Assembly (NCBI GenBank): GCA_002269645.1
Contig: NIVC01000473.1
Coordinates: 27,573-91,572 of the forward strand
DNA length: 64,000 bases
Source: Macrostomum lignano
Lineage: Eukaryota
Direction of reading: 5' to 3'
Numbering within the stretch: position 1 is the first letter of the stretch; every line of letters starts with the position of its first letter. Below are positions 36,262 through 49,207 of the stretch, piece after piece. The notes beneath the pieces were generated by a model. It saw nothing but the letters and a program-made list of their open reading frames with translations, was not told the DNA's origin and searched no databases. A program made the translations under genes and the position numbers.

Positions 36262-39200
36262 GGTGCTGGCGCCCCTTGGTGCTGGCGCCCCTTGGTGCTG
36301 GCGCCCCTTGGTGCTGGCGCCCCTTGGTGCTGGCGCCCCTTGGTGCTGGCGCCCCTTGGTGCTAAAGCCCCTTGGTGCTAAAGCCCCTTGGTGCTAAAGC
36401 CCCTTGGTGCTAAAGCCCCTTGGTGCTAAAGCCCCTTGGTGCTAAAGCCCCTTGGTGCTAAAGCCCCTTGGTGCTAAAGCCCCTTGGTGCTAAAGCCCCT
36501 TGGTGCTAAAGCCCCTTGGTGCTAAAGCCCCTTGGTGCTAAAGCCCCTTGGTGCTAAAGCCCCTTGGTGCTAAAGCCCCTTGGTGCTAAAGCCCCTTGGT
36601 GCTAAAGCCCCTTGGTGCTAAAGCCCCTTGGTGCTAAAGCCCCTTGGTGCTAAAGCCCCTTGGTGCTAAAGCCCCTTGGTGCTAAAGCCCCTTGGTGCTA
36701 AAGCCCCTTGGTGCTAAAGCCCCTTGGTGCTAAAGCCCCTTGGTGCTAAAGCCCCTTGGTGCTAAAGCCCCTTGGTGCTAAAGCCCCTTGGTGCTAAAGC
36801 CCCTTGGTGCTAAAGCCCCTTGGTGCTAAAGCCCCTTGGTGCTAAAGCCCCTTGGTGCTAAAGCCCCTTGGTGCTAAAGCCCCTTGGTGCTAAAGCCCCT
36901 TGGTGCTAAAGCCCCTTGGTGCTAAAGCCCCTTGGTGCTAAAGCCCCTTGGTGCTAAAGCCCCTTGGTGCTAAAGCCCCTGGTGCTAAAGCCCCTTGGTG
37001 CTAAAGCCCCTTGGTGCTAAAGCCCCTTGGTGCTAAAGCCCCTTGGTGCTAAAGCCCCTTGGTGCTAAAGCCCCTTGGTGCTAAAGCCCCTTGGTGCTAA
37101 AGCCCCTTGGTGCTAAAGCCCCTTGGTGCTAAAGCCCCTTGGTGCTAAGAGCCTGATCGCCCCTTGGTTACTCCTTGAAATCAAATTGCGGCCAAAACTG
37201 GAGACGCTTAAGTCAATTTTCTCATTTCCGGCTTCCGTGTCCATTGTCTATGATTGTCTATGGCTTCAAGTCTTTGACGATCCTGGAGGTGGGCCGGGAG
37301 CCCTCGAGTTCCTCACAGTATTCGCACTACTTGTTCGTTTTGACGTTCCTGAAGGCAGTTTGGTAGGCTGGGTTTTTGTTGTGTTAGCCAAACTTAGATT
37401 CTCTTAGATTCATTCATTTACGATAACGTGCAATGCAGTCTCAAGAAAATTGCAACTTTTAAAAAACAAATTAAGATCCAGTAGTACAGTACTGTTAGTA
37501 GTATTTTTCGCATCAACACTAAATTAAAAGTGAACTGTCGGATGTGTGTAACATTATATTCGCAAGTCTGGTCTATTTTATTGCCGGAAATTATAAATTC
37601 ATTCTCATTCTCTATAGCTACTGCACTTGACTAGTAGGGAGTTAGCTAGAACGGCAGTGTTTGTCTCTCCCTCCCACTGTCCCAAAACTACGTATAGCCT
37701 GCAGCAAAGGGATGATGATGATGCATTTGCATGCTCCGCTGTATGAATGTTTCTGCCTTGGCCGTGCGTGAGCAAAAATAAATGGCTCAAGCCCGAAACT
37801 ATGGTTTCATTATTGGCCTCTACGAGCGCTTCTCCCCGCCTTGTCAGCTGTTATAGTTGGTCTAGGAACCTATGAACGCACACGACACGGCTAATTAATA
37901 TAAACTTTAGTCTAACCCAGTGTCAAGGACGCCTTAGGTTAGTATCTGGACAGCTGGAAACAAAAGCTCCACAGGACTGGACGGTTTTGCTACAATACTT
38001 TAGGGTCTCGGTGAAATTTCATCACCTACATGTATGCACACAATTTTGCACCTCCATAACGGCCACCCTCTCCTCCGACAGGCCGATGACCAGGTTATAC
38101 TCCTGCTTGAGAAAGTCAAGGCTCTCCTGGTGCAGGTAGCATGCACCTCTAAACGATCATCTTCCAGAGGTTCTAACTGATCGAAACCGCAGCTGACATC
38201 GGCTAATTACTGCAAGACGCGATTGGCATCTCGCCTAGAAGCAGATGGGGCCACAATTTGATATATCAGATTGAGCTCCAAAAACCACTTGAGCGACATC
38301 TACCAAGCTCAAATCACCTACATGTATCATGAGGATCCGCGATGAGAGTAGATCAGAACGGGCCATTGGTGGACTTATATGTACTACCACGACCAATCGG
38401 CATCGCAACCTGAGATGTGTCGGCTCTGTAGCGAGCCATCCTGCTTGACTGTCCGACCCTCGACGCCACCAGAAGGACAAACGACATCATTTAGCGCTTG
38501 CCTTGGTTCTGTACCCGATCTGACGTAGTGGCGCTGCTCTCTTGTTGCCATCGACTAGTGTCCCTTTTGAGCTACTCACCACAGATAACAACAACAGGTT
38601 GACCTTTTCCTGTAGGCCCTCCTGCAGCACCTCCTGCGCCAGATGTGGACGGTACTGTCATGCCACAGCGCTGTACTCACTTGTTGTCGTTAAACGGGGT
38701 GCCTAGCAGTGCGGGGTGCTCGCTCACAAAGTACTTACTTATTGTACTCTGCACCCCCCGGCTTACTTCACCCCTGTTATGCCTTTTATGCCAACGTGGC
38801 CGCATATGATTGGCTGGGGCCTGAAGGCCCAAATATGTATAGGCGCTCTCGCCCTATTTGGAAGGCCAAGCGTTTTCGCACTGCCAAAATCGATACTGAC
38901 TCCTGAGTCATTATAGGTACGACAGTGGTGCCAGCACCAAGGGGCTTTAGCACCAAGGGGCTTTAGCACCAAGGGGCTTTAGCACCAAGGGGCTTTAGCA
39001 CCAAGGGGCTTTAGCACCAAGGGGCTTTAGCACCAAGGGGCTTTAGCACCAAGGGGCTTTAGCACCAAGGGGCTTTAGCACCAAGGGGCTTTAGCACCAA
39101 GGGGCTTTAGCACCAAGGGGCTTTAGCACCAAGGGGCTTTAGCACCAAGGGGCTTTAGCACCAAGGGGCTTTAGCACCAAGGGGCTTTAGCACCAAGGGG

Positions 39201-39329
39201 CTTTAGCACCAAGGGGCTTTAGCACCAAGGGGCTTTAGCACCAATGGGGCACCAGCACCAAGGGGCGCCAGCACCAAGGGGCTTTAGCACCAAGCGGCGC
39301 ACAGCACCAAGGGGCGCCACGCCAGCACC
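36262..39329. mobile_element. Foldback-like element: two inverted arrays of a 16-bp unit flanking ~1.8 kb of unique DNA
   Basis: Left arm 36262-~37150 is (GGTGCTAAAGCCCCTT)n, ~55 units. Right arm ~38930-39329 is its reverse complement, ~25 units. Both outer ends use the GGTGCTGGCGCCCCTT variant. No TSD seen. Confidence 0.65.
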
Positions 39330-40013
39330 AAGAGAGTTGGAGGCCGCGGCCTTCCCCATGGCCCCTATATATGGCCCAGAAATTTCCCGATTGATGTATT
39401 AATCGACTGTAAAACACAATTATCATGGATATTTATTATATTTTTATTTCTAGTTTCTGCTAATTCTTTTTCTTGAAGTTATTATAGTGAAGAAGTTGTT
39501 GATCGGACTTTCCAAGCAAATTTTGCTTCTATAAATAATAAATTTATCGAAATTGAAGGGAAAAAACTAAGTGGATTCTGCTAAATTCCAAATTCTCTCT
39601 CTATATGTCCAGCCCTGCACTGGCTTTTATTGTCCGAAAACTGGGGGGGGGAGTATTTTATATTTTATTCACGCGACGATCTGCACTGGTATTCCAGGGA
39701 TCAGAGGCGTGCAACTCTGCATGACGATTGGTCGTTTGAATATGCAGCCAGCCAGAGGCATCAATTTAGGATTTCCACGCCTGTGCATCCAAACTCCAAT
39801 ACCAGCTAGATAGGACATGCGAGAGTGTACGTTGTAGTAGTACTCAGTACAAATAAGCTCAAACAACCGACGCTTTTTTAAGCTTCCATTTGTCCATGAG
39901 CTCGCAGCTACAAGGCAATCATTTTGACTAAAGAGATATAGCTACATATCCGAGTGATCTCAGTTCTAGAATCAGCTAGTGGTCTTTCAGGTACCAAAGC
40001 CGATATCAGAACA

Positions 40014-41331
40014 ATGGGACAACAATTAAGCTGCGAGAGCTACTGCGTATCGACAATGCAGCGTTTAGCGGGCGAGCTTAATACCACAGAAAGTCAGGTG
40101 AGAAATACGAGTTGTTTAGCATAATTTTTTTAGTTATTCGGCTGAAATCTGCCTTGCGTCACGACCCAGAGAGTGTATATGCCTGATGATTAGACAGCTA
40201 GAAAGCCTGCGTATGAGTGCCTGACTGCGTACAGTATTGGTGCGCTTGTACGAGCGTATGTGCTCGAGACTGAATTACCTCGGCGCTGGTTGTGGGACGA
40301 TGTCGCCACAGTTTACTCAATTCGATTTGCAGGTAAGCGAATGCCGAGTCCTCGATAGTAGCTGGCCTAGCAACGGCACGGGCAGCAGCAGTATGAAGCT
40401 GCAGTTTTCGTGGCGCGAGTGGCAGCGCGTCAGCGGCTACTTGGAGCGAATACTTTCAACCATGGAGCAGCGGCGTCTGCTCGACCACTTGCTACTTGAC
40501 GTCACCGGCCTGCGAACTATCGACCTTGGCGCCGTCTGGGAAGGTGTTGTCGGAGTCGCCGACTCAGAATTTCAAAGCGTTGGCGATGACGAAGTCTTTC
40601 AGCCGTCCGCGCCGATGTCGGCCCTACCGGAGACTACGAGCAGCTTGAACTTGAACGCCAGCGCCGACTGGACCATTCATCCGGACTGGACAGACGGCAG
40701 CTGCAACAACCCGCTGCTGTACCGGGATTTCACCAAGATTCACCTGCAACTTGGCCCAGTGTTCTCCGCATTCAACCTGGACCTGCCAACCCTGTTGAGC
40801 CAGCCGCGGCAGCCGGGTGAATTCGAAGAACAGCCAACCGAATCGGTTGCTAGCCCGACAGCAGATTATCCAAGCAGGGTGTCAGTGTACGGCTACAGAG
40901 CTAGTCGTCGGGTTAGCAACGCTAGAGCCTCAGATTTGCCCAGCTACGCTCAGGCGTTCTCGGATCGGGTGGCCGACTTGGTGCGATCCCGGTGCGCCAG
41001 GCTGGGCCTGAGCTACCTGGTCTCGGGCGCGCAGTACCACGCCTCGCACAATTGCCTGGTAGTCAGCGGCACGGCCGACGTTCGTTCGCTGCTACGACAG
41101 AGCGGCGGCATTGAGCTGCGCTCGTGGGTGAACCCGGAGGCCGAGAGTCAGGAGCTTGCCGACCAGCTTCAACGATCCATAGGGCGAAGTTTCGACGGCC
41201 TGATGGAGCCGAGGGAACAACAGTCCGGCTCGAAGTATTTTCCCATGGTGATGTACTACTGCGACAGTCGCAAATTGGTAACGATCATCTACGGGCTTGA
41301 GCCAAAACGCGACGGGCCACCAAATGAGTGA
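40014..41331 (+). CDS. Uncharacterised protein (~360 aa) with N-terminal myristoylation-type motif MGQQLSC
   Basis: Exon 40014-40097 ends CAG|GTGAGA (phase 0). Phase-0 acceptor TTTGCAG| at 40332 joins the 364-codon ORF ending 41331. Exon-like GC content; no family recognised. Confidence 0.65.
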
Positions 41332-41929
41332 ATGAGCTCTTTAAATGTTTATAGACATCTGTTTAATTTCGTTTTTTACTGCACACTGTACTGCAATACA
41401 CTGTACTGCATGACCAACGAATGGGTAAAGTTGGAGCTCTCACTTCGAAACAATTATTCGATACTGAATCAACATTTTAATGGCAAAATTACCATCTAAA
41501 TAGACAACTGCAGAAGTCAATCAAGGCAATGGTCGAACTCAGTGTACCATGACTGACTGAGACTGGTAATTACTTGGGCCAGCCACGCAGTCTAGACTGG
41601 CTTTAGCTAGTGCAATTGGCAACGATATATCGATGCTGTGCTTCAATAGCTAGGCATTAATATGCATGAGATGCGGCATGCCCTGTGCTGCGCCTGTCGC
41701 AAATGTATAACTCTGCGGCTATATAAATTCACCGACATTGGAGCACTGCTTGTCAACAATAAATATATAAGAGCGCGCCTCAAACTCATCAGGGTAATGA
41801 GCCGCTGAGCCGGAAATATGTCTGGAACATAATTGATCATTTTGTACCATTTCGGAGACTGTGCTCAATTTCACGTTGGTGACAATTCAGAAACAGTAGA
41901 GGTACCAATGCAATAGAAACGCTAGAAAA

Positions 41930-42500
41930 CAACCTAGAAACGCTATTGACAACAATTCAGAAACACAAGAGACAAAAATCCAGAAACACTATTGACAACA
42001 ATCCAGAAATACTATTGACAACAATCCAGAAACACTAGAGATAATAATCCTAAAACACTAGAGACAACAATCCAGAAACACTAGAGACAAGAATGCATAA
42101 GAAACACTAGACACACATCTAGAAACACAAGGGACAACAATCCAGAAACACTATTGATAACAATCCAGAAACACAAAAGACAACAATCCTGAAGCACTAC
42201 ACTAAAACAACAATCCAGAAACACTGGAGACAACAATCCAGAAACACTAGGGACAACAATCCAGAAACACTAGGGACAACAATCCAGAAACACTAGGGAC
42301 AACAATCCAGAAACACTAGTGACAACAATCTAGAAACACTAGGGACAACAATCCAGAAACACTAGGGACAACAATCCAGAAACACTAGGGACAACAATCC
42401 AGAAACACTATTGACAACAACGCATGGGAAACACTAAAACATAAATCAAGAAACACTAGAGACAACAACCCGGAGGCAGTAGACACAACAACCCCGCAAC
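41930..42500. repeat. 23-bp minisatellite (GACAACAATCCAGAAACACTAGG)
   Basis: 23-nt period visible at 42240-42410. Confidence 0.88.
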
Positions 42501-43559
42501 ACTAGAGGTGCCAATATAGAAACACTACATAGAAGTGCAGTGTTCAATATTTCTTCAGCCTAGCTATTGTTAATATTTCATGTGAACAAGCATTGGAGCC
42601 ATACAATCCAGCATCTGGTTGGCGATGTAAATTATTCATTAGAAAGGCATTAAGTTCCAGCGTGCACTTTTTTTCGGTATTTTCTCTTTTAAAAGCAACT
42701 ATCTGTGCAGAAATCTATGCGTTTAGACGGAACGGAAGATACTTATCGATATATCTAGGCTAATATCTGAGATCTGGGGCACTAGCCGAATGTAGCCATA
42801 CGTCCAGCGTGTGAAATCCTTTTATCGTTTTTTTAAAAAGCATGAATTTTGCAGTAGCCATCATGAGCAAACGAGAGTGATCTCAGCAGCGAGCCCAGCG
42901 CCAAATGGTGGAGTTCCGCTCATGTTGGCCCAGACCCGATCGAGCATTCGAAGCCCTCGCTTATATTGATGTTGAAAAAACCACTTATCTCATTTCCCAT
43001 GGGGCTCTTCCCTCCCCATATGGGGTCTCACCAGATGAGCTGGGTCTATTTGATAGCCGCTGCAGTTTGAGCTGACACAGGATTATCCTCGCTCGCCTCT
43101 CAAGCTAAGCTTCACCACACCCAGTAACCAACCCAACGCGGAGCAGGAGATGATGCTAAAAAATTAAACGAGAAACTCGCTCGCCATATTTGATAGGGTT
43201 TCAGCTTAATCTGTATCGTTTGCGATGCTGACTCGGTTGAGTTGTGTGATAGAATTATACTTAAAGATCGTTATGATTCTTACAGTTCGAATTCAAAGCA
43301 AACTTCATGGTCTAAAGCTAGCTCGTAATTTATCCTATACTACTTTCATGCATAAGTACTACACGTATGCCGGCAATGAAGGCCAGTTAAACAATATATT
43401 TATTGCTTTCTTAGTTTTTTACGCTCGTAGCTGATGCCTTTCATGCTACTTTTAGTACTACTTTTTGTGTAGAGCTAGTGAATTCAGAGCTTTTTTTAGA
43501 ACATGCTGTTTCGCCGTCTCAATTGAATGACAGCTTCTTGGGGACTACAGAGCCATTCC

Positions 43560-43586
43560 ATTGGTTGAGTGACGCTATTATATAAA
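43560..43586 (+). promoter_or_regulatory. Inverted CCAAT + TATA box upstream of the FN2 gene
   Basis: ATTGG 43560-43564 and TATATAAA 43579-43586, ~85 nt before ATG 43671. Confidence 0.45.
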
Positions 43587-43670
43587 TCACGTTGTTTCTC
43601 TGGCAAGCGACGAGAGTGAAGTTGTTAAGTCTAAAAGCTTGCTTAGTTTAAATGGGCTTAAACACAAAAA

Positions 43671-45217
43671 ATGTACCAGAATTGTCTGATTCTATTTAGC
43701 GGCACTCTGCTCATGTTTTATCGGTGTCAGCTGGTTCGCTCCGTCTGCACTCGATCCTACATCGAGGAGCCAGAAAAGCCGTGCAAATTTCCATCGGTGG
43801 TCGATTCCAAAAGCGACTTCGAGTCCGCTATTCGTCAGTGCAGAGGCTCAAGTCCTGATAGGTACTGGTGCCCCACCACGCCAAATTATTGTCGCGACGG
43901 ACGATTCGCTTGGTGTCCGGACACGGCTGACACCTTCGGCGGCAACGATCCCGGCCGGGTATGTCAGTTCCCCTTCCGGTACAAAGGGGTCGAGTACCGC
44001 CACTGCACCACTAGAGACACCGGAATAGTGGAGCAATCGTTATTTGACAAACTGTTTGGACAGAAACAATACAAGCCGTCGGGTGAGTGGATCTTCGATG
44101 CACGAGTGAAGCATGATTGCGCGGTAATGGACTTGAAATGTACTTTTGCATGTCTCGGAGATATTCGAATGAACCGCCAGACTAGCTTATCCATCTGTTT
44201 CATTTGCATTCGAGGCATCAAATTTCCCAGGGATTCGATTCTGTCCATGATACAGAATAGTGCATCCTGCTGTTATCCTACTTAATTGAGTACTTAAAAG
44301 CCGGTTTATGTGACTAGAAAGATGCACTAGACGAGACGAGATTTCCACACATTCTTTCTACTCGTAGATAATCAAGTTCTGCCCCAAGTTCCTTTGACTC
44401 AATCTAAATTTATGCAAACCAGCTTGCACTGTCAGATAGTTCACTAGCTATCCTCGTTGCTAAACCTACCAACGCAGAGGCTTATTACTGGTGCTCTACA
44501 ACACACGGAAACTACACTGGTCGATGGACAAAATGCCGAACCGACCGGCCGCACCAGCTGCCATGTCACTTCTCGGACGAGGTGTCCGAATGCCAGTGGC
44601 AACCGTCCAGCAATGGCTGGTCCTGTCCAACCGTCGGTGGTCTGACGCGAGCCTGCCCAGAGACGGACACCACTGAGGCGGGAAACGATCCCGGAAGGTC
44701 GTGCAGTTTTCCCTTCAAGTATCGGAGGATTAGCCGCTATAACTGCCTGCGCTACTCGCCCACTAGCGATGCCAGCTATCAATATCAACAGCACAGTCCT
44801 GATGACTACATGTGGTGCAGCACAACGCCGGATTATGATCGTGACAAACTGTGGACCAGATGCAAACCGCCACCAGAGCCGGTGCATCTTCGAGGACTTT
44901 TGCTACTATTGGCAGTGCTAACATCAGTCCTCACGGGAGCCTGTGGTTTAGCTTGCCTGATGTACTGCCTGTGTGATCGAACGCGCCTGCTCTGCAATTG
45001 GCTTCGGAGGCGTCTTTGCCTGAGGCGGAGCACCGTTGAGATGGCCACGTTGGACTGCAAACGGAACGAGATGCAACTGACGCCTACTGCTCCGCCGCCG
45101 TCTTCTTCACCGCTAGAGTCATCGACATCGCAGCCGCCAAGCTACGATGAAGTGATGCAACTGAACTTACACCAGCAGTCAGAAATAATTATGCAACAGA
45201 CGTGCATGGGAGATTAA
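43671..45217 (+). CDS. Type-I membrane protein with fibronectin type II repeats and cytoplasmic PPxY motif (393 aa)
   Basis: Exons 43671-44082 and 44448-45217 (phase 1; 1182 nt). Signal-like N-terminus; FN2 motifs GRVCQFPFRYKGVEYRHCT...YWCSTT and GRSCSFPFKY...MWCSTTPDYDRDKLWTRC; TM LLLLLAVLTSVLTGACGLACLMY; tail APPP...PPSY. Confidence 0.88.
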
Positions 45218-45314
45218 CTGCTGGGGAAACATGACTATGTATGTACTTTCTATGCATACATGCACATTGTAACTTATTCATAGTGTAAATTATGTTTACT
45301 GGCCACTCTGCCTT

Positions 45315-45960
45315 TACTGATCAACTCTGGGTGTTGATAATCAACAACTTTGTCACTCTATGTACGCATCACAACTCTGTGGGTGTTGATAATCAACAAC
45401 TTTGTCACTCTATGTACGCATCACAACTCTGTGGGTGTTGATAATCAACAACTTTGTCACTCTATGTACGCATCACAACTCTGTGGGTGTTGATAATCAA
45501 CAACTTTGTCACTCTATGTACGCATCACAACTCTGTGGGTGTTGATAATCAACAACTTTGTCACTCTATGTACGCATCACAACTCTGTGGGTGTTGATAA
45601 TCAACAACTTTGTCACTCTATGTACGCATCACAACTCTGTGGGTGTTGATAATCAACAACTTTGTCACTCTATGTACGCATCACAACTCTGTGGGTGTTG
45701 ATAATCAACTCTGTCACTCTATATATGCATCACAACTCTGTGGGTGTTGATAATCAACTCTGTCACTCTATATATGCATCACAACTCTGTGGGTGTTGAT
45801 AATCAACTTAATTTGTCACTCTCATGTATATGCATCACAACTCTGTGGGTGTTGATAATCAACTTTGTCATTCTATGTACACCCCACAACTCTGTGGGTG
45901 TTGACTGTAAACTTGTTCACTCTGCGTTCATTGATCAAGTCTGTGGGTCTGTTAGTCAAC
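45315..45960. repeat. 52-bp minisatellite just downstream of the FN2 gene stop
   Basis: Period 52 (e.g. 45361/45413); each unit contains the inverted repeat TGTTGAT-A-ATCAACA. Confidence 0.92.
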
Positions 45961-46599
45961 TTGGTCATTCTCTGTGCACTCAAGATAACGACAAGCAGAA
46001 TGGAAAGTAAAAATCGATGAAAACTGCAGTAAAACAGGGGAATAATTAAGGCTTTAGGTGAGTAAGGTGAGTGAGATCGGATACTGCTCAAATTCTGGAG
46101 CTGAAATCCCTGTGCACTCTGTTTGTCAATGTTGAGTATATGGCTCTGCATCCTAAATCCTTCGCGAAGCCTAATCTTTCTGGCTGTGCCGTAGGCTTAG
46201 AGTAGCTGCTGAGCAACTTGAAGAAACATCAATAGCTAGCCACTAAAAGGTGCCTAAGCACTTAATGCTAACTCACGCAGCTAAAAATGTTTCTATAGCG
46301 AAAGGTGATTGCTTCCTTTTTAGATTGGCCTCAGCTGTTTTCTGTTGAGTTAAAAATCATAGTAGGGCAACCGCATAGAAAGTCTTGCGCGCGCTTCAAT
46401 TTCGGTTCAACGAGGCGAATACAGGAGCGAAAAGATAATTGCACGACTGAGTGAGCAGCTGCTCACAGCCTGGGGCTTTTTCTTAGGCGCATACGAGTGC
46501 TCTTAGCTGCCTTATATTTTCTTCAGTGGCTCGCGTATCTTTGCTGATACTTGTTCAATAAGCGATCGTTGAACTTACGAAGGGGACTGTCTGAAGTTC

Positions 46600-47470
46600 T
46601 AATGACGCAAAGTTGAGTTCTAGTGACGCTATGTTGAGCTCTAGTGACGCTAAGTTGATTTTTAGTGACGCTAAGTTGAGCTCTAGTGACGCAAAGTTGA
46701 GCTCTAGTGACGCAAAGTTGAGCTCTACTGACGCAAAGTTGAGCTCTAGTGACGCTATGTTGATTTCTAGTGACGCAAAGTTGAGCTCTAGTGACGCAAA
46801 GTTGAGCTCTAGTGACGCTATGCTGATTTCTAGTGACGCAAAGTTGAGCTCTAGTGACGCAAAGTTGATTTCTAGTGACGCAAAGTTGAGTTCTATTGAC
46901 GCAAAGTTGAGCTCTACTGACGCAAAGTTGAGCTCTAGTGACGCTATGTTGATTTCTAGTGACGCAAAGTTGAGCTCTAGTGACGCAAAGTTGAGCTCTA
47001 GTGACGCTATGCTGATTTCTAGTGACGCAAAGTTGAGCTCTAGTGACGCTTAGTTGATTTCTAGTGACGCTTAGTTGATTTCTAGTGACGCAAAGTTGAG
47101 TTCTATTGACGCAAAGTTGAGCTCTACTGACGCAAAGTTGAGCTCTAGTGACGCTATGTTGGTTTCTAGTGACGCAAAGTTGAGCTCTAGTGACGCAAAG
47201 TTGAGCTCTAGTGACGCTATGTTGATTTCTAGTGACGCAAAGTTGAGCTCTAGTGACGCAAAGTTGAGCTCTAGTGACGCTATGCTGATTTCTAGTGACG
47301 CAAAGTTGAGCTCTAGTGACGCTTAGTTGATTTTTAGTGACGCAAAGTTGATGTTTAGTGACGCAAAGTTGATTTCTAGTGACGCTAAGTTGAGTTCTAG
47401 TGACACTTAGTTGATTTCTAGTGACGCTAGGTTGATGTTTAGCTAGTGACGCAAAGTTGATTTCTAATGA
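46600..47470. repeat. 21-bp minisatellite (CTAGTGACGCAAAGTTGAGCT)
   Basis: About 40 units; source of the SSSDAKL ORFs. Confidence 0.95.
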
Positions 47471-48794
47471 TGCTAGGTTTTGATTTAATGGCGTTAACTG
47501 TAGTTGCTTTTTGGAGAATAGTTTCGATCACTGTCGATAATCAGAAGAACAGAGGACGCAAGTAATTGCATGTAGCTAACTGCATTACAATACACACGTA
47601 CAAGTACACCCACTGACATGTACACAACCCTGACTTTATCGTACAGTACCTACACATTCTGGGATATTTTCAGTTAGTGGAGTCGCACAACAGGACAAGC
47701 GATTCTTATTTCCATTTAGGTAATGGTGATTCATACGTGCAGTATATTGTGAACATGTAACAACGTTATTCGTCTCGTCTTTCTCATAAGGAAATGTTTC
47801 TCTCATCTCCTCTTTCTCAAAGAGTAACTATGGAGCCGGGCATACACCAGAACTAGATAATTGAAGTGTCTCTCCTAGTGAAATCTCATTTATTCCTTTC
47901 ATTAGGAGCTGGCAGAGGCAGACGCTTTATACACGATCGAGCCTTGAAGCTGAGTTTCTGTGCGTGCTGCTGAGTTGCTGTGAGTTCGAATCAAACCGCT
48001 GGATGCTGGCAGTTTGCCGGGGGGGGGGGCAGGGAGTCAAGAAACAAGAACTTGCGCGGAGTTCTTATCCACAGGAGGGGCAGATAGGAGTGGAGTGGAA
48101 AAAGACGGGGATTTTCTATGGCTTCTGACTTTTTCAGAAGCCGATCAGAAGCTTTGGATCAGTTTGATTGGGGAATGGATTTGAAAAAATACTGCCCTGA
48201 AAAAGTACATGTTGTAGCAGGGATATGAGCGCGCGTATGAGATGGGCTTTATACACAATGGCAAAAATGAAAACAAAAATAAATGATAACATTGAAATTG
48301 AAGTTACAAAAATTAGGCGAATAATACAATACGATTCTTGAAAGTTCAACACTGCCTTCTAAACAAGGAGCACAATATGTGACACAATTATCAAAATCAG
48401 AAAAACACGATAGTACGTCTGATGATCACGACGCCACTAAGCACCAAAACTCGTACCGAAAGCGCTTGCAATTGCAAATGCGAAAATTGCTCCATTATTG
48501 CCCATTCTTACTATCAAATTCACATTCTTTTCTGTGTTAATTGCGGCTTACAATTTTTGCGACGTAATTTCTAAGCAATTGAATGGTAACACAATCGCAA
48601 TTTGAATGCAAGTTTTAATGTTAAACATGGCGCGTTTAATATTTATAATTGCAAACCGCATAAAGACGTCGCTTTTACGAGCTATTTTAAGCCTCGGATG
48701 TCGATCAATTATTTTAATTGCAATTTGCTCATTGAAACATCAAACAACTCAAACATACGCTCGTATAGCCAGTCGCGGTCGTACCACAAAAATA

Positions 48795-49207
48795 GGTGAC
48801 CGGACATTTCGTCAACCAGCATTTCGTCAACCAGACATTACGGAAACTCAGCAAATTGTAGCTGATTATTATATCTGCACCAGCCAGAGAATGTGAGAAG
48901 TGGTAATGCGATTTCAAATTTGTTTAAAACTTCTTGGAAGTAAATTTTCGTAGAAACGTTCGGTCCTCAATGGTGTCGCAATACTCGCACCATATGGTAC
49001 ATGAACACCGTGCACATGGTTTCAATATTTTCTATGATAACATTTAAAAACTTAAACTTAAATGTGTTAACGTTAACGGCTAACATGACGGACGAACTAA
49101 TTTTGGGCTTGAACCAAATTTCCGGTTGCCGTAATGTCTGGTTGACAAAATACCAGTTGACGAAATGCCGGTTGACGAAATTCCGGTTGACGAAATGTCC
49201 TGGAACC
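48795..49207. mobile_element. 413-bp MITE with subterminal 15-bp repeats
   Basis: TIR GGTGACCGGACATTTCGTCAACC versus reverse complement GGTTCCAGGACATTTCGTCAACC; flanks CAAAAATA / GAAAAATG (6/8 match, possible decayed TSD). Confidence 0.8.

Noticed and set aside
40180-40230. Hammerhead-like CTGATGA...GAAA
   Set aside because: Stem II register and stems I/III do not pair properly; the CTGATGA at ~53266 has no GAAA partner either.
42860-43080. Open stretch QMVEFRSCWPRPD...
   Set aside because: Short, interrupted by stops, with no splice support or homology.
46060-46590. Exon-like minus-strand segments
   Set aside because: Multiple stops in all frames and nothing recognisable.
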